Shown piece after piece: positions 1 to 12,799 of a stretch of DNA of 64,000 nt (within the stretch, counting starts at the first letter, position 1; every line of letters starts with the position of its first letter). Origin of the DNA: Eledone cirrhosa (taxonomy: Eukaryota); the NCBI GenBank assembly GCA_964016885.1, contig OZ024740.1, forward strand, positions 366,420,001 to 366,484,000, given 5' to 3'. Position numbers and translations under genes: made by a program. The notes under the pieces were generated by a model. It made no database searches and was not told the DNA's origin. It saw only the letters and a list, made by a program, of their open reading frames with translations.

Positions 1-596
1 CGAACAACTGCTGTCAAGGGTGGGACCGATCCGGTTGACCACCGAGTCTATTGTAATGATCAAGCCGCCTCCCCCCTTCAAAGATGAAGCAGAGGCGGTG
101 TTTCTGTGCGTAATAGCCATGGCGAAAGAGGTTGTATGGTGAACGCGTCTGAAAGGACTGAGGTCAGGCACCTTTCTCTCTGGCCAACAACTGGTCCGTT
201 TCTTCCGATATCATTTCGGAAGAAGGATCAGGATGGAGAGAGAGGTGCTGCACCCCAGCCGTTTCTATGAAAGATGGGTGAAAGTGGCGAGAATGGCCCG
301 TGTGAATGGGCCTTCACTCTACATCAGAATATAGGTGAGGAAGATGAAAGACCAAGGGAGCACCCCTTCTCTGTGCTCCCGAGGAGAAGGGTTGCACACT
401 TTTTTCGGGGGTGTGTGCGACCCCCCAAGGCGCCTCCTCTCTATTGAGGATTTTGTTAAAAATTTTATTTTTTGTTATATCTTATTTTATTTTTATATTT
501 TGTTATTGCCTCCTCCTTATTGAGGACGCCTTTTTGTGTAAACTCCCCCCTTTGTACTTGTCCCACTTTTGATGCCCTAGTGGCAAATAAAAGAAA
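1..596 (+). mobile_element. 3' end of Tx1/L1-like non-LTR retrotransposon (copy 1, truncated by window edge)
   Basis: Near-identical to 2951-3546. Ends in GCAAATAAAAGAAA and runs directly into a microsatellite. Confidence 0.75.
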
Positions 597-2245
597 CATA
601 TCTACCTACCTACCTACCTACCTACCTACCAACCTACCAACCTACCTACCTACCAACCTATCTACCTACCTAACTACCAACCTACCAACCTACCTACCTA
701 CCTACCTACCAACCTACCAACCTACCAACCTACCTACCAACCTACCTACCTACCAACCTATCTACCTACCTACCTACCAACCTACCTACCTACCTACCTA
801 CCTACCTACCTACCTACCTACCTACCAACCTACCAACCTACCTACCTACCTACCTACCAACCTACCAACCTACCAACCTACCTACCTACCTACCAACCTA
901 CCAACCTACCAACCTACCTACCAACCTACCAACCTACCTACCTACCTACCTACCAACCTACCAACCTACCAACCTACCTACCTACCTACCTACCAACCTA
1001 CCAACCTACCAACCTACCTACCTACTTACCTACCTACCAACCTACCTACCTACCAACCTATCTACCTACCTACCTACCTACCTACCTACCTACCAACCTA
1101 TCTACCTACCTACCTACCTACCTACCTACCTACCTACCTACCAACCTATCTACCTACCTACCTACCTACCTACCTACCTACCAACCTACCTACCTACCTA
1201 CCTACCTACCTACCTACCAACCTACCTACCTACCTACCTACCTACCTACCAACCTACCAACCTACCAACCTACCTACCAACCTACCTACCAACCTATCTA
1301 CCTACCTACCTACCAACCTACCAACCTACCTACCTACCAACCTACCTACCAACCTATCTACCTACCTACCTACCTACCAACCTACCTACCTACCTACCTA
1401 CCTACCTACCTACCAACCTACCCGCCTACCTACCTACCAACCTACCTACCTACCAACCTATCTACCTACCTACCTACCTACCTACCTACCAACCTATCTA
1501 CCTACCTACCTACCTACCTACCTACCTACCTACCTACCTACCAACCTACCTACCTACCAACCTACCTACCTACCTACCTACCTACCTACCTACCTACCTA
1601 CCTACCTACCTACCAACCTACCAACCTACCTACCTACCTACCTACCTACCTACCTACCAACCTACCCGCCTACCTACCTACCAACCTACCTACCTACCTA
1701 CCTACCTACCTACCAACCTACCTACCTACCTATCTACCTACCAACCTACCTACCTACCTACCTACCAACCTACCAACCTACCTACCTACCTACCTACCTA
1801 CCTACCTACCTACCAACCTACCCGCCTACCTACCTACCAACCTACCTACCTACCTACCTACCTACCTACCTACCTACCAACCTACCTACCTACCTATCTA
1901 CCTACCAACCTACCTACCTACCAACCTACCTACCTACCAACCTATCTACCTACCTACCTACCTACCTACCTACCTACCAACCTACCCGCCTACCTACCTA
2001 CCAACCTACCTACCTACCTACCTACCTACCTACCTACCAACCTACCCGCCTACCTACCTACCAACCTACCTACCTACCAACCTATCTACCTACCTACCAA
2101 CCTACCTACCTACCAACCTATCTACCTACCTACCTGCCTACCTACCTACCTACCAACCTATCTACCTACCTACCTACCTACCTACCTACCTACCAACCTA
2201 CCTACCTACCTACCTACCTACCTACCAACCTACCAACCTACCAAC
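597..2245. repeat. Compound (CCTA)n/(CCAA)/(TCTA) tetranucleotide microsatellite, ~1.65 kb
   Basis: Directly visible. It explains the PTYL-repeat ORF 472..2490. Confidence 0.97.
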
Positions 2246-2451
2246 CATTACTTTATTCCCCTCCCTGTACTATTTCCCTTTATTTTTATATTCCATGCAT
2301 TCTCTTCTATCAATTTACCAACTCACATTTGGATCTAAGCATGAAACAATTCATGCATGGATCTTTCTATTCACATATGTATGCATTCATCCATTCATTT
2401 ATTTGCAAATCTAATAAAACCATTTGGCCATTAATTTATCTATATATATAT

Positions 2452-3546
2452 CTCCAGTCACCGGACAACCGGTGTGGGCCTCGTTTGTGAGACGAACCTT
2501 TCCCAAACTCGTCTCACTCACCGAGCTGCAATCCTGGGTCAAGCAAAGACCGAGAAAACTGGGCGCCTGGCACACTGAGTGTGCCCAGGCGCTCACCGCC
2601 CTCTGGCAGGCGGATCCGGTTATCAGTGGAGACTCCACCGCAACATTCTATAGAGGGCTGGTACGCAGCAGGTGCGACGACGCCCTCGGAGAAGCCCTAG
2701 ACATGGAGGAGGACGAACTGGCCAGCCTGTTCGGTAGGACATTCAGCCCGGGACCTATGGACAACTTCCAGAAGTCCCTGGCCTGGCAGTGCTACCGAGG
2801 GGCTTTACCCGTTCGAGAAAGGCTCTACAGACACGGGCGCCCGGGTAGGGACCCCGCCAAAAAGATCTGTCCCAGATGCGTGTGCGACGAGGAAACCGTT
2901 GCACACGCATTAGTACACTGCTCGGGCGTAGCCGATCTGTGGGGCTATGTCGAACAACTGCTGTCAAGGGTGGGACCGATCCGGTTGACCACCGAGTCGA
3001 TTGTAATGATCAAGCCGCCTCCCCCCTTCAAAGATGAAGCAGAGGCGGTGTTTCTGTGCGTAATAGCCATGGCGAAAGAGGTTGTATGGTGAACGCGTCT
3101 GAAAGGACTGAGGTCGGGCACCTTTCTCTCTGGCCAACAACTGGTCCGTTTCTTCCGATATCATTTCGGAAGAAGGATCAGGATGGAGAGAGAGGTGCTG
3201 CACCCCAGCCGTTTCTATGAAAGATGGGTGAAAGTGGCGAGAATGGCCCGTGTGAATGGGCCTTCACTCTACATCAGACTATAGGTGAGGAAGATAAAAG
3301 ACCAAGGGAGCACCCCTTCTCTGTGCACCTGAGGAGAAGGGTTGCACACTTTTTTCGGGGGTGTGTGCGACCCCCCAAGGCGCCTCCTCTCTATTGAGGA
3401 TTTTGTTAAAAATTTTATTTTTTGTTATATCTTATTTTATTTTTATATTTTGTTATTGCCTTCTCCTTATTGAGGACGCCTTTTTGTGTAAACTCCCCCC
3501 TTTGTACTTGTCCCACTTTTGATGCCCTAGTGGCAAATAAAAGAAA
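2452..3546 (+). mobile_element. 5'-truncated Tx1/L1-like retrotransposon (ORF2 C-terminus with CCHC zinc knuckle plus 3'UTR)
   Basis: ORF 2424..3092 has LAWQCYRGALPVRERL...CPRC...ETVAHALVHC (zf-RVT-like). AATAAA near the 3' end. TATCTATATAT on both flanks is a possible TSD. Confidence 0.8.
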
Positions 3547-4062
3547 TATATCTATATATGTATGTATCTATCAATGCATCTATCTACCTACTATCCTCCT
3601 CATCATCATCATCATCGTCGTCATCGTCATCATCATGATCATCATTTTATGTCCTTTTTCCAAACTGGCATCAGTTGGATGGGCTATCATGGTCTGAGAC
3701 AAGATAAGGTCAGGAGGACCACATCTTGCTCATATCTTCCATTTTTGGAATAATTTCTGCAACTGAATGCTCTTCTTAATGCCATCCACCTTACAGGGTG
3801 CATTATGTGTATTTTATTATGGTACTAACACCACAGAGGATGTTGTGACCTTGACAAGGTGAAGAGAGGAAGAAATGGGTGAGATTATGATGAAAGAGGC
3901 AATGTAGTAGGAGCAATGGTAGCTATGTATTTATTAAGAAATAAAATCAGAAGAGGTAAGGAAAGCAAAAGCAAGTGTTGGGTGGAGTTGGGGAAGCGGA
4001 GAGATGGCTGGCTGTAGAGTATGTGTTGCAGGTGTGTGTGTGTGGACTGGATAAATACAGGA

Positions 4063-4282
4063 TTAACCCTTTAGCATTTTAAACCAGCCATATCCAGCCA
4101 GAATTCTCTCATCTTTTTCTGTTTAAACCAGCTGTAACTGGTTGTTCATACCGACGTTAAGGTATTGTGCTAAAAATAAATAACATCATCAAAATCTTGT
4201 AGGTTTGATATTATGTAAGATAAAGCTTTTAGCATGAAAATACAATAGTAAATATAAAGTAAAGTAAATGCTAAAGGGTTAA
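4063..4282. mobile_element. piggyBac-like MITE
   Basis: TTAA-CCCTTTAGCATTT...AAATGCTAAAGGG-TTAA termini. Related copy at 34842-35055. Confidence 0.8.
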
Positions 4283-5681
4283 AGATATCCCTCTTTAAGC
4301 AGACAGCAGAGAGCAATGTATACAGGAGTGGGTGGGTGGACAATATAGGGTGGTATTAATCTTATTATCTATTTATTCATCTGTGTCTCTTCTATCTATC
4401 CATCAATATATCAATCCATGATAGTATCCATCTATCCATTTATCGACCTGAAATTAAACAACCATAAGAATGTTTTATTTTATTAGTGATTCTAATGAAG
4501 GAGGGCAGAGCCCATAGTCCTCTTATACTGGCAAGGTTGTTGTTGTTTCATCAAAACTAGGATCAAATTAATGTGTAGTCAGAACTACCACATATTTTGG
4601 TATACCAGGAACTAAATTAATTGTTTAATGTGCTTTTCATTATTTTTATATCAAGGGAGATTTGGCTACTATCACTAGCATAGCAAACAGCCTTATGGAG
4701 GATCTCTTCTTGGCTTAAGAACAGTGAGTTTGCTGCAGTTGATGGTAAGCTTGAACTTTTGTTGTTTAATGGTAAATATCATAATAGGTAAAGGAAGGTT
4801 TAAAGAATTATAGTTCTGAGGCATGGCAAATTTGAATATTTAGAATAATTATTATTCTAAATATTCAAATTAGCTCAGAAACAAAACATTCATGAGAAAA
4901 ACAACAGTTAAGTTAGTATTAAGATACTTAATCTAATAACATTAATACATAATTAGAATTACTTATGGAGTGAGGAAAGATGACATTATTTCAATGATTA
5001 ATATTATTCTAAATATTCAAACATGTTTGAGAAACAGCTCCAAACTTGTTTCAGCCTTATTAGACCTTCTCAGTGATGCTTAGATTCATTATACTTGCTA
5101 AAGTAGTGATGAAAAAATCACTAAGTTAAAGGAAAATACTGTAGATGTGTAGGCATAACAAATTAGAATATTTATAAAGAGTAAATCCTTGAGGTTAATG
5201 AAAAACTAATCAGTTTTCTAATGCTGCCATGGCTTACATTGGTAAAATATACTCTTCTGTAGTACATAAACATGAGTAGGCTTGGCTTCAAAACAGAGAC
5301 AGTGACAGTGAAAGAAAGATACATACATATCAATTTGTCCTCTTGTTCTCTAGTACTTTATTAACTTGGTCGTTCACACACAGCCATATACACATACATA
5401 ACTCTACACCAAAACTCACTCTTGCTTTCTCTCTCTCTATTTCTCTCGCCCACTCACGCATGCCCACACAATCACTGCCAAGAAAACAAAGAATACATAC
5501 TTCATATAATTATGTGTATGCATGTTTCCCATGTTCTTGTATTGGTACTTACACATATACATATATGAAGGCACATGCACACAGAAACCCACACATGCAT
5601 GTGTATGTAATGTATGTATGTATACATGGATGTTAAATGATGTATATATATATGTATATATATATACATGGATGTTAAATG

Positions 5682-5734
<53 letters not shown>

Positions 5735-6769
5735 CATACATATATATATATATCTATATCTACATACATATGTATATATATATATATATATACATACATA
5801 CGGTGATATATATATATATATATATAGTATAGGTGATTCAGTGAATTATATATACATGCAGATAGACAGATATACATTCAAATATTTTCATATGTAACAT
5901 ACACTACACATGCTATTATAAGTGTTCATACATACAAATGCAAGCAGGTGCATTCACATATACACACATTCATACACATATGCACACACTTATGCACATA
6001 TGCACACACTCATACACATATTATCACTTTGATGTTTGTAATTCTGAAAGTTAATTTAAATGACAAAGTCAATCAGTGCCTCATTAGGAAATCTACTCAA
6101 AGGTCAAGCAAATTATAAAGGTTGCAAGCAGCATTCTTGTAAACACTTCTGCAACAGTAACAGCAGCAACAGCAACAACAACAGCAGCAACAGCTGCAAC
6201 AGTAGAATCAGTAGCAGTAATAAAGACCAATGGGTGGAGTAAATAATATTCATCTTCTCAACACATTTGCTACAATAACAGCTTTCAATAAAGAATTCTT
6301 ACAGTTAATACCCTAATTATGAAATTAAGGTGGCAAATTGGCAGAGTCATTAGAACATTTGGTAGTACACCTTGTGGTATTTAATCCTGTTCTCTGAGGT
6401 CTGCACTCTGAGTTCAAATTCCATTAAGATTAACTTTGTCTTTCATTTTTTAGGGGGTCAATTAATATATTATCAGTCCAGAGTAGTGGTGAAGTGGCAT
6501 AATTGTTAGAACATTAGGTGAGATGCCTTGAAGTATATGTTCTAACTCCTTGTATTCTGAGTTCAACTCCTAGGCAGTGAGGGCCAAAGTCAATTAGCCA
6601 ACCACTGGAGCACCTCATTCAACCCACAGTTGGTCAATATGTACACATAGGCCTACAGCAAACACAAATAAGCTGGCAATAGCATGCTGAGATTTTCAGT
6701 AAATTGAAAACAGCTGAGCGACATAAGATTAATCATTACTACTGGCACAGAGCCACCTCAAGTAGTTAT

Positions 6770-7270
6770 GGTTTCTGATTTAGGCATGTTTAGGGGAGGG
6801 GCAAGTTGATTAAATCAATCTCAGTGCATTACTGGTACTTTATTTTATCGACCCCATAAGGATGAAAAGCAAAGTTAACCTTGGTGGTATTTGAACTTAG
6901 AATGTAAAGGGAAGTAACTATATGCTGCAAAGCATGTCTGATGCTCTACTGATACCGCCAAGCCATCACTCTAATAATGGTTTTCGATTTAGGCACAAGG
7001 CCATCAATTTTTTGGGGGGAGGGGAAAGTCAATTAAATCAACCTCAGTACATTACTGGCACTTTATTTTACTATTTCCCAACATGTTTGGGGAAGGAAAA
7101 AATCGATTAAATCGATGCCAGTGCATTACTGGTACTTCAATTTATTGACGCTGTAAGGATGAAAGGCAAAGCTAACCGTGGCAGGATATGAACTCAGAAC
7201 TTAAATGGCCATAACCATGTACTGCAAAGCTAGTTGTCCGATACTCTACCAATACTGGCAATCTGCCATT
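6770..7270 (-). mobile_element. Cluster of decayed tRNA-derived SINE (family A) copies
   Basis: Repeated ACTGGTACTTTATTTTATCGACCCC..AAGGATGAAA.GCAAAG..AACC core matching 42182-42368. Confidence 0.7.
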
Positions 7271-7289
7271 CTAATAATGATAATAATAA

Positions 7290-7880
7290 TATTCATAATA
7301 TCAAAGCTTATAAACATGGAACTATCAAGCCAATGTAATGAGAAATGGAATAGATCCAAAATGCTGATTTTGCAATGTTGTGATTGAAACAGTGGACCAC
7401 TTAATCTCTGGGTGTAAAGTTTTAGCACCAGTGTATAAATCAAGGCATAACAGAGTTGGTCAATATCTACACTAGTTAATATGTCAGCATTACAAAATCA
7501 AAACTGCTGACAAGTGGTATAAGCATCAACCTGAGGTTGAACTGAGGGAGCTAATGTAGTGATTCTTTGGAGCTTTTCTGTACATACAGACAGCACCATC
7601 AATGCTAACAGACTAAAATAACAAAATCAGTTTATTGATTGATAGAGCATCCCTTGTGATCACAAAATTACGGCAAAAGAATTTGATAAGCTCAGAAAAT
7701 ATAAAGATTTGTTCATTGTAATTGAAAAAAAAAATGTTGCATCTCAAGGCAATTACACTACCAGTGATTCTAGGAACACTTGGAATAATCTAGAAAGGAA
7801 CTGGAGAGAATGTTCCCTGGTTTTCCATCTCAGCAAGAAGTGCAAACAATTGTTTTCACTGGTATGCTGCATGCTGTGAA
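7290..7880 (+). pseudogene. Decayed R4/Dong-like (RLE-type) retrotransposon C-terminus
   Basis: Manual translation across frameshifts gives ETVDHLISGCKVLAP..YKSRHNRVGQYLH, KEFDKLRKYKDL and PVILGTLG, which resemble the CCHC knuckle and restriction-like endonuclease region. Confidence 0.65.
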
Positions 7881-8189
7881 AATGATAATCCTCCATGTTA
7901 ATGATTTTTGTTTGTATGATACATAAGTTTATTTTATTATATTCCATAATTATGTATGTTGTAAATAATCTAGCACTCATTTATGATTGATTATCATTTT
8001 GTTGTAAATATAACTTTTAACAGATAATGTGCACATGTATAAAGCAAATGATTTGCTTGTAACTGTGTAAAGTGTATCACGTAAACAAACTTGTGTGTAT
8101 ATTTTTGTGGCTTAGCAACGTATCCAGTGAGCTTCTTTGCTCTAGGTGTTGGGAAGACAGCAAGAAATGGAAACAAAACTAAAGGAAAG

Positions 8190-8342
8190 TTTCTACTTTT
8201 GGCACAAGGCCAGCAATTACCCTAGTGCATTACTGGTGCTTTATTTTATCGATCCCTTAAAGATGAAAGGCAAAGTTAACCTTGGCGGGATTTGAACTCA
8301 AAACGTAAAGGGCCATAACTATGCTGCAAAGCATGGAGTCTG
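8190..8342 (-). mobile_element. tRNA-derived SINE family A
   Basis: Reverse complement of the 48952-49137 sequence. Confidence 0.8.
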
Positions 8343-8349
8343 ACAAAAT

Positions 8350-8524
8350 AACAATGAGAAGAATAGTGAGAAAATTGAGAAATGCCAGGAGCTAAAGAGA
8401 GAAATCAGGAAACTATGTAGAATCAGACACATAGATGTGGTACCGATTGTGGTTGACCCATAGAGAGCAGTTAGTAAAAGGTTGGATGCATGGCTTGAGA
8501 AGCTAGAAATTACCATCAGGATAG
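8350..8524 (+). pseudogene. R4/Dong-like 3' coding remnant, left half (split by RTE insertion)
   Basis: EKIEKCQELKREIRKLCRIRHIDVVPIVV...LDAWLEKLEITIR. The reading continues at 11750. Confidence 0.6.
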
Positions 8525-11500
8525 ACAATGGGCTGGGTGGAGTAGGAATCATGGTAGCAGAAAAGTGGGCAGATAAGATAATAGACGTAAATAGAGTGAA
8601 CGACAGAATAATTAAAATAAGACTTGTCCTCAATAGAACTACTGTGACAATAATATCTGCATATGCACACAATCCGGACTGCCTGGCGTTATAAAAGACA
8701 GATTCTATGAGTCGTTAATGCTCACTACCTCCCAAATAACTGACAGTGACTACATAATTATCGCTGGCGACCTAAATGGTCACGTTGGACAACATTGTGA
8801 TGGCTACGACGGAATCCATGGAGGCTATGGGTTTGGTACTAGAAATGAGGAAGGCTCCAGAATCCTGGAATTCTGTGACGCAAATAACCTAATTATCTGT
8901 AACACTAACTTAAAAAAACGAGACAATCATTTGATCACCTATGGATCAGGGGAACACACCAGCCAGATAGATTATATCCTTATCAGAAGACGTGACAGAG
9001 TGTCTGTTGTAAACACTAAATCCCTGCCCCATGAAGAATGCACCTCTCAACATAGACTCATAATTAGCGACCTCATAGTCAGGATGAGACGTACTAGACA
9101 ACAGAGGAGGACTATCCTCAGGAGAAAAATATGGAAGCTAAAGGACTCCACAGCCAGTAATAAATTTAAAAGCATATTACTTGATGCTTTTGATAGTAAG
9201 GAAGAGCAATTAGAGTCGTACAATATAGAGGAACAGCGGGAATTCCTGAAAGCTAACCTGCTGAAGGCGACAGATGAAATCTGTGGCTGGAGCAGACCTA
9301 TAGGCAGGAAGAGAGTAACTTGGTGGTGAAACAGTAAGGTGGAGGAGTCAATCAAGGCCAAAAAGCAGGCTTGGAAAGCATGGCGGGATGGGGGAGGTAG
9401 AGAAGACTATCAAGTGGCCAGGAGGGAAGCTAGGAAACAAGTGTACTTCGCAAGAAGGGAAGCAGAGGAAAGAAAGTTCAAGCATGTTCTACAACGCGAG
9501 GACCAAAAACGTGAGGTGTTCAGGATTGCTAGGCAATGTGTCAAGGAAAACCGTGATATTGTCGGGGAGAAGTGTGTCCTTAATGATGATGGTGTACTTG
9601 CCATCACTGATGCTGATAAGAAGGTAGCTTCGAAGTTTCACTATGAAAGGCTACTAAATGAGGAGAATAAATGGGAGAAAGACAGTCTCCCCCCACATCG
9701 ATCCAATAGAGGGACCAGCAGTGCAAGTTGAAGGTAGTATAATAAGTAAGGCGATCAAAGATATGAAGACAGGCAAGGCGGCTGGGCCTTCAGAAATAGT
9801 TGCTGAAATGCTGAAAGCATCTGGAACGGTGGGACACACTATGGTCACCCGGATAGTAAACCAAGTCATACAGAATGGGGTTGTTCTGAAGGACTGGCGT
9901 AGCAGCATCATCATTAACTGCTACAAGGTTAAAGGAGATGCCCTAGATAGGGGAAACTATATAGGCATTAAATTAATTGACCAGGTCATGAAGGTCACAG
10001 AAAAAGTAATAGTGCAACTAATCAGAGAGCGAATTGATCTAGATGAAATGCAGTTCGGGTTTGTGTCAGGTAAAAGTACCACAGATGCTCTTTTCATTGT
10101 ACGACAACTACAAGAGAAGTACCTAGCTAAAAGTAAGCCCCTATAGTTAGCTTTTGTTGACTTGGAGAAAGCTTTTGACAGAGTCCCCCGCTCAATTATC
10201 TGGTGGGCTCTTAGAAAACTAGGTGTTGATGAATGGCTTGTGAGAGCTATACAAGCCATGTATAAAGAAACAGTCAGCAATGTTAGAATTAACAACGAAT
10301 ATAGTGAAGAGTTTAGCGTAAAAGTTGGTGTTCATCAGGGCTCCATCCTTAACCTCCTCCTATTTATTATTGCCCTTCAGGCTATAACAGAGAAGTTCAA
10401 GACCGGCTGCCCATGGGAGCTCCTATACGCAAATGATCTAACGCTCATAGCTGAATCAATGGCTGAACTAGAGAAGAAATTCCAAACATGGAAGCATGGC
10501 CTAGAATCAAAAGGCCTTAAAATTAACCTGTCTAAGACTAAAGTTCTAGTTTGTAGGAAGGAAAATAGGGCACTGGTCCCATCTGGGAAATGGCCATGCT
10601 CAGTGTGTAGGAAAGGAGTAGGCAGAAACTCCATTTTATGTCCCAAATGCAAAGTATGGGTGCATAAAAGATGTAGTGGGATCACAGGTAAGCTAACTAA
10701 GAATATAGATTTTATATGTGGCCGGTGCTCAGGTGCAATAAGTAGCAGCAAATGCCCACAGAATACTAGCTCATTCCATTGCACAGATGGTTCTATAGAA
10801 ATAGTGGACACCTCCCATTACCTGGGTGACAAAATCAGTAGTGGTGGAGGGTGCTCTGAAAGTACAGTAGCTAGAATCAGAACGGGATGGAAAAAGTTCA
10901 GAGAGCTTATACCACTTTTGGCCGCTAAAGGGTTCTCTCGAAAAATGAAAGGCAGGCTGTATGATGCCTGCATACGAACAGCAATGTTACATGGGCTTTG
11001 TGTGCAGAGAATATACGCAGACTGGAGAGGAATGAAGCTTGCATGCTCCGTTGGATGTGTAATAGTAATATACATGAACGGCAAAGCATAAATGAACTAA
11101 GGGAGAAATTAGGAATAAGAGGGATCAGATGTTATTTACTTAAGAGAAGACTATGTTGGTATGGTCACGTGATGCGCATGAAAGATGACAGCTGTATAAA
11201 AAAGCGAAGGGCGATCAAAATAGACGGTAGTCACGGAGTAGGCAAACCCAGAAACACCTGGGACGACTTGATAAATTCCGACATCACACACTTACACCTC
11301 TCCAAGACAATGTCACTGGACCGAGATCTTTGGCGCTACACAGTAATACAGAAGACCCGCCTTGCCTAAGTATAAAGCAAAACCTACAGTCAGTAGGCAC
11401 CTCTTAACAAAAATACACCCCCGTTCCACAACCCCCACCCGATCCACACCACCCTGTAAAGTTATGTTGGTACCACAACATCTAGTCCGAAATAAAGGAG

Positions 11501-11752
11501 GTCGTGTAGGTGTCACGACAAAAAAAACACACAGTCTACGCTGTAATGTGGCAGTGTAGGTAACATGGTAAAAACCTCCCAGTCCACACTGTAAATGTGG
11601 TTGGTGTTAGGAAGGGCATCCAGCCGTAGAAAACCTGCCAGACAGTCCTATGCGAGCAAGACAACCAATCTTGCCTCAAGTGGGAAAATTCCCGTCCAAA
11701 CCCATGCAAGCGTGGAAGATGGATGTTAAACGATGATGATGATGATGATGAT
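8525..11752 (+). mobile_element. 5'-truncated, frameshifted RTE-clade LINE (AP endonuclease, RT, PHD-like finger, 3'UTR, (GAT)n tail)
   Basis: ORFs 8718..9329 (GDLNGHVG, SQIDY, SQH), 9339..9731, 9658..10146 (QFGF), 10162..11091 (HQGS, YAND) and 10998..11369. Colinear with 36953-40638. Confidence 0.95.
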
Positions 11753-11946
11753 AGGATTGTTGCAGAAAATAACCTTGCTAAGAACAACAAGGATTCTAAG
11801 AAAGGTGTTGGAAAGTTGAAGGAGAAGGAATGACCTACAGGACGTTTGGCTATTGGCTATGGCTCGCACTTTTGGTATAGTGTCGGTATAACATGTGCCA
11901 GAGCAAAAGTGTTGCAAATAGTAATGATAATAATAATAATAATAAT
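11750..11946 (+). pseudogene. R4/Dong-like 3' end, right half, with (TAA)n tail
   Basis: IGLLQKITLLRTTRILRKVLES*, then a short UTR and TAATAATAA. Confidence 0.6.
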
Positions 11947-12419
11947 TTTTCTAACATTGGCACAAGGCCAGCAATTTAGGCGAAGAGGAAAGTCAATTAT
12001 ATCTACCTCAGTACTTTACTGGTACTTTATTTTATCGGTCCCTGAAAGGATGAAAAGCAAAATTGACCTCAGTGGGATTGGAATACACAGTTCTGAAAAG
12101 CATTTTGTTTGATATTTTAATGCTTCTGCCAAATAATAATGGCTTCTGATTTAGACACAAGGCCAACGATTTTGGGGGAGGAGAAAGTTGATTAAATCGA
12201 CCCCTGTGCATTACTTGTAAAGCTAACCTCGGCAATATTTGAACTTAGATCGTAAAGGGGCGTAACACTATGCTATAAAGAATGATCTCTGACGCTCTAC
12301 TGATACTGCCAATCCACCACCCTTCTGCCAAATAATAATAATAACAATAATAGTAATAATGATGATGATGATAATGATAATGATACTGGAATAAATAATC
12401 TCTAAATAAGTTTTAAAAC

Positions 12420-12720
12420 ACACTGTTGTTTCCTTGAGCAAGACACTTTATTTCACATTGTTCCAGTTTACTCAGCTGTAGAAATGAGATGATAGGGACT
12501 GGGGTCCCTATTATTCCACTGCAAAGTGGTCGTGGAAGTGCCATGGCAAAAAAGCACCCAACCCACACTGTAAAGTGGACGTGTAGGCCCCATGGAAAAA
12601 AAAAGCACCCAGCACTCACTGTAAATGAGGTTGGTGTAGAAATCAAGCCAGAATCAGTTCCCGCCCCACCCTTGCACGCAGGGAAAAGCGGACGTAAAAT
12701 GAAATGATGATGATGATGAC
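12420..12720 (+). mobile_element. SINE family B (RTE-tailed), 5'-truncated
   Basis: Matches 35667-36000. Ends GGAAAAGCGGACGTAAAATGA(TGA)n. Confidence 0.85.
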
Positions 12721-12799
12721 TGCTATCTGCTAAATTCTATAATAGAGGTAAAAACAATCAGTTTATGCCCTGAGATATATTTAAAAAAAACAACAAAAA

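Noticed and set aside
472-2490. 672-aa PTYL-repeat ORF
   Set aside because: Translation of a (CCTA)n microsatellite starting in a retrotransposon UTR. No evidence of a real gene.
6060-6242. CAG/CAA-rich possible polyQ exon
   Set aside because: Short, with no convincing splice sites or recognisable protein.
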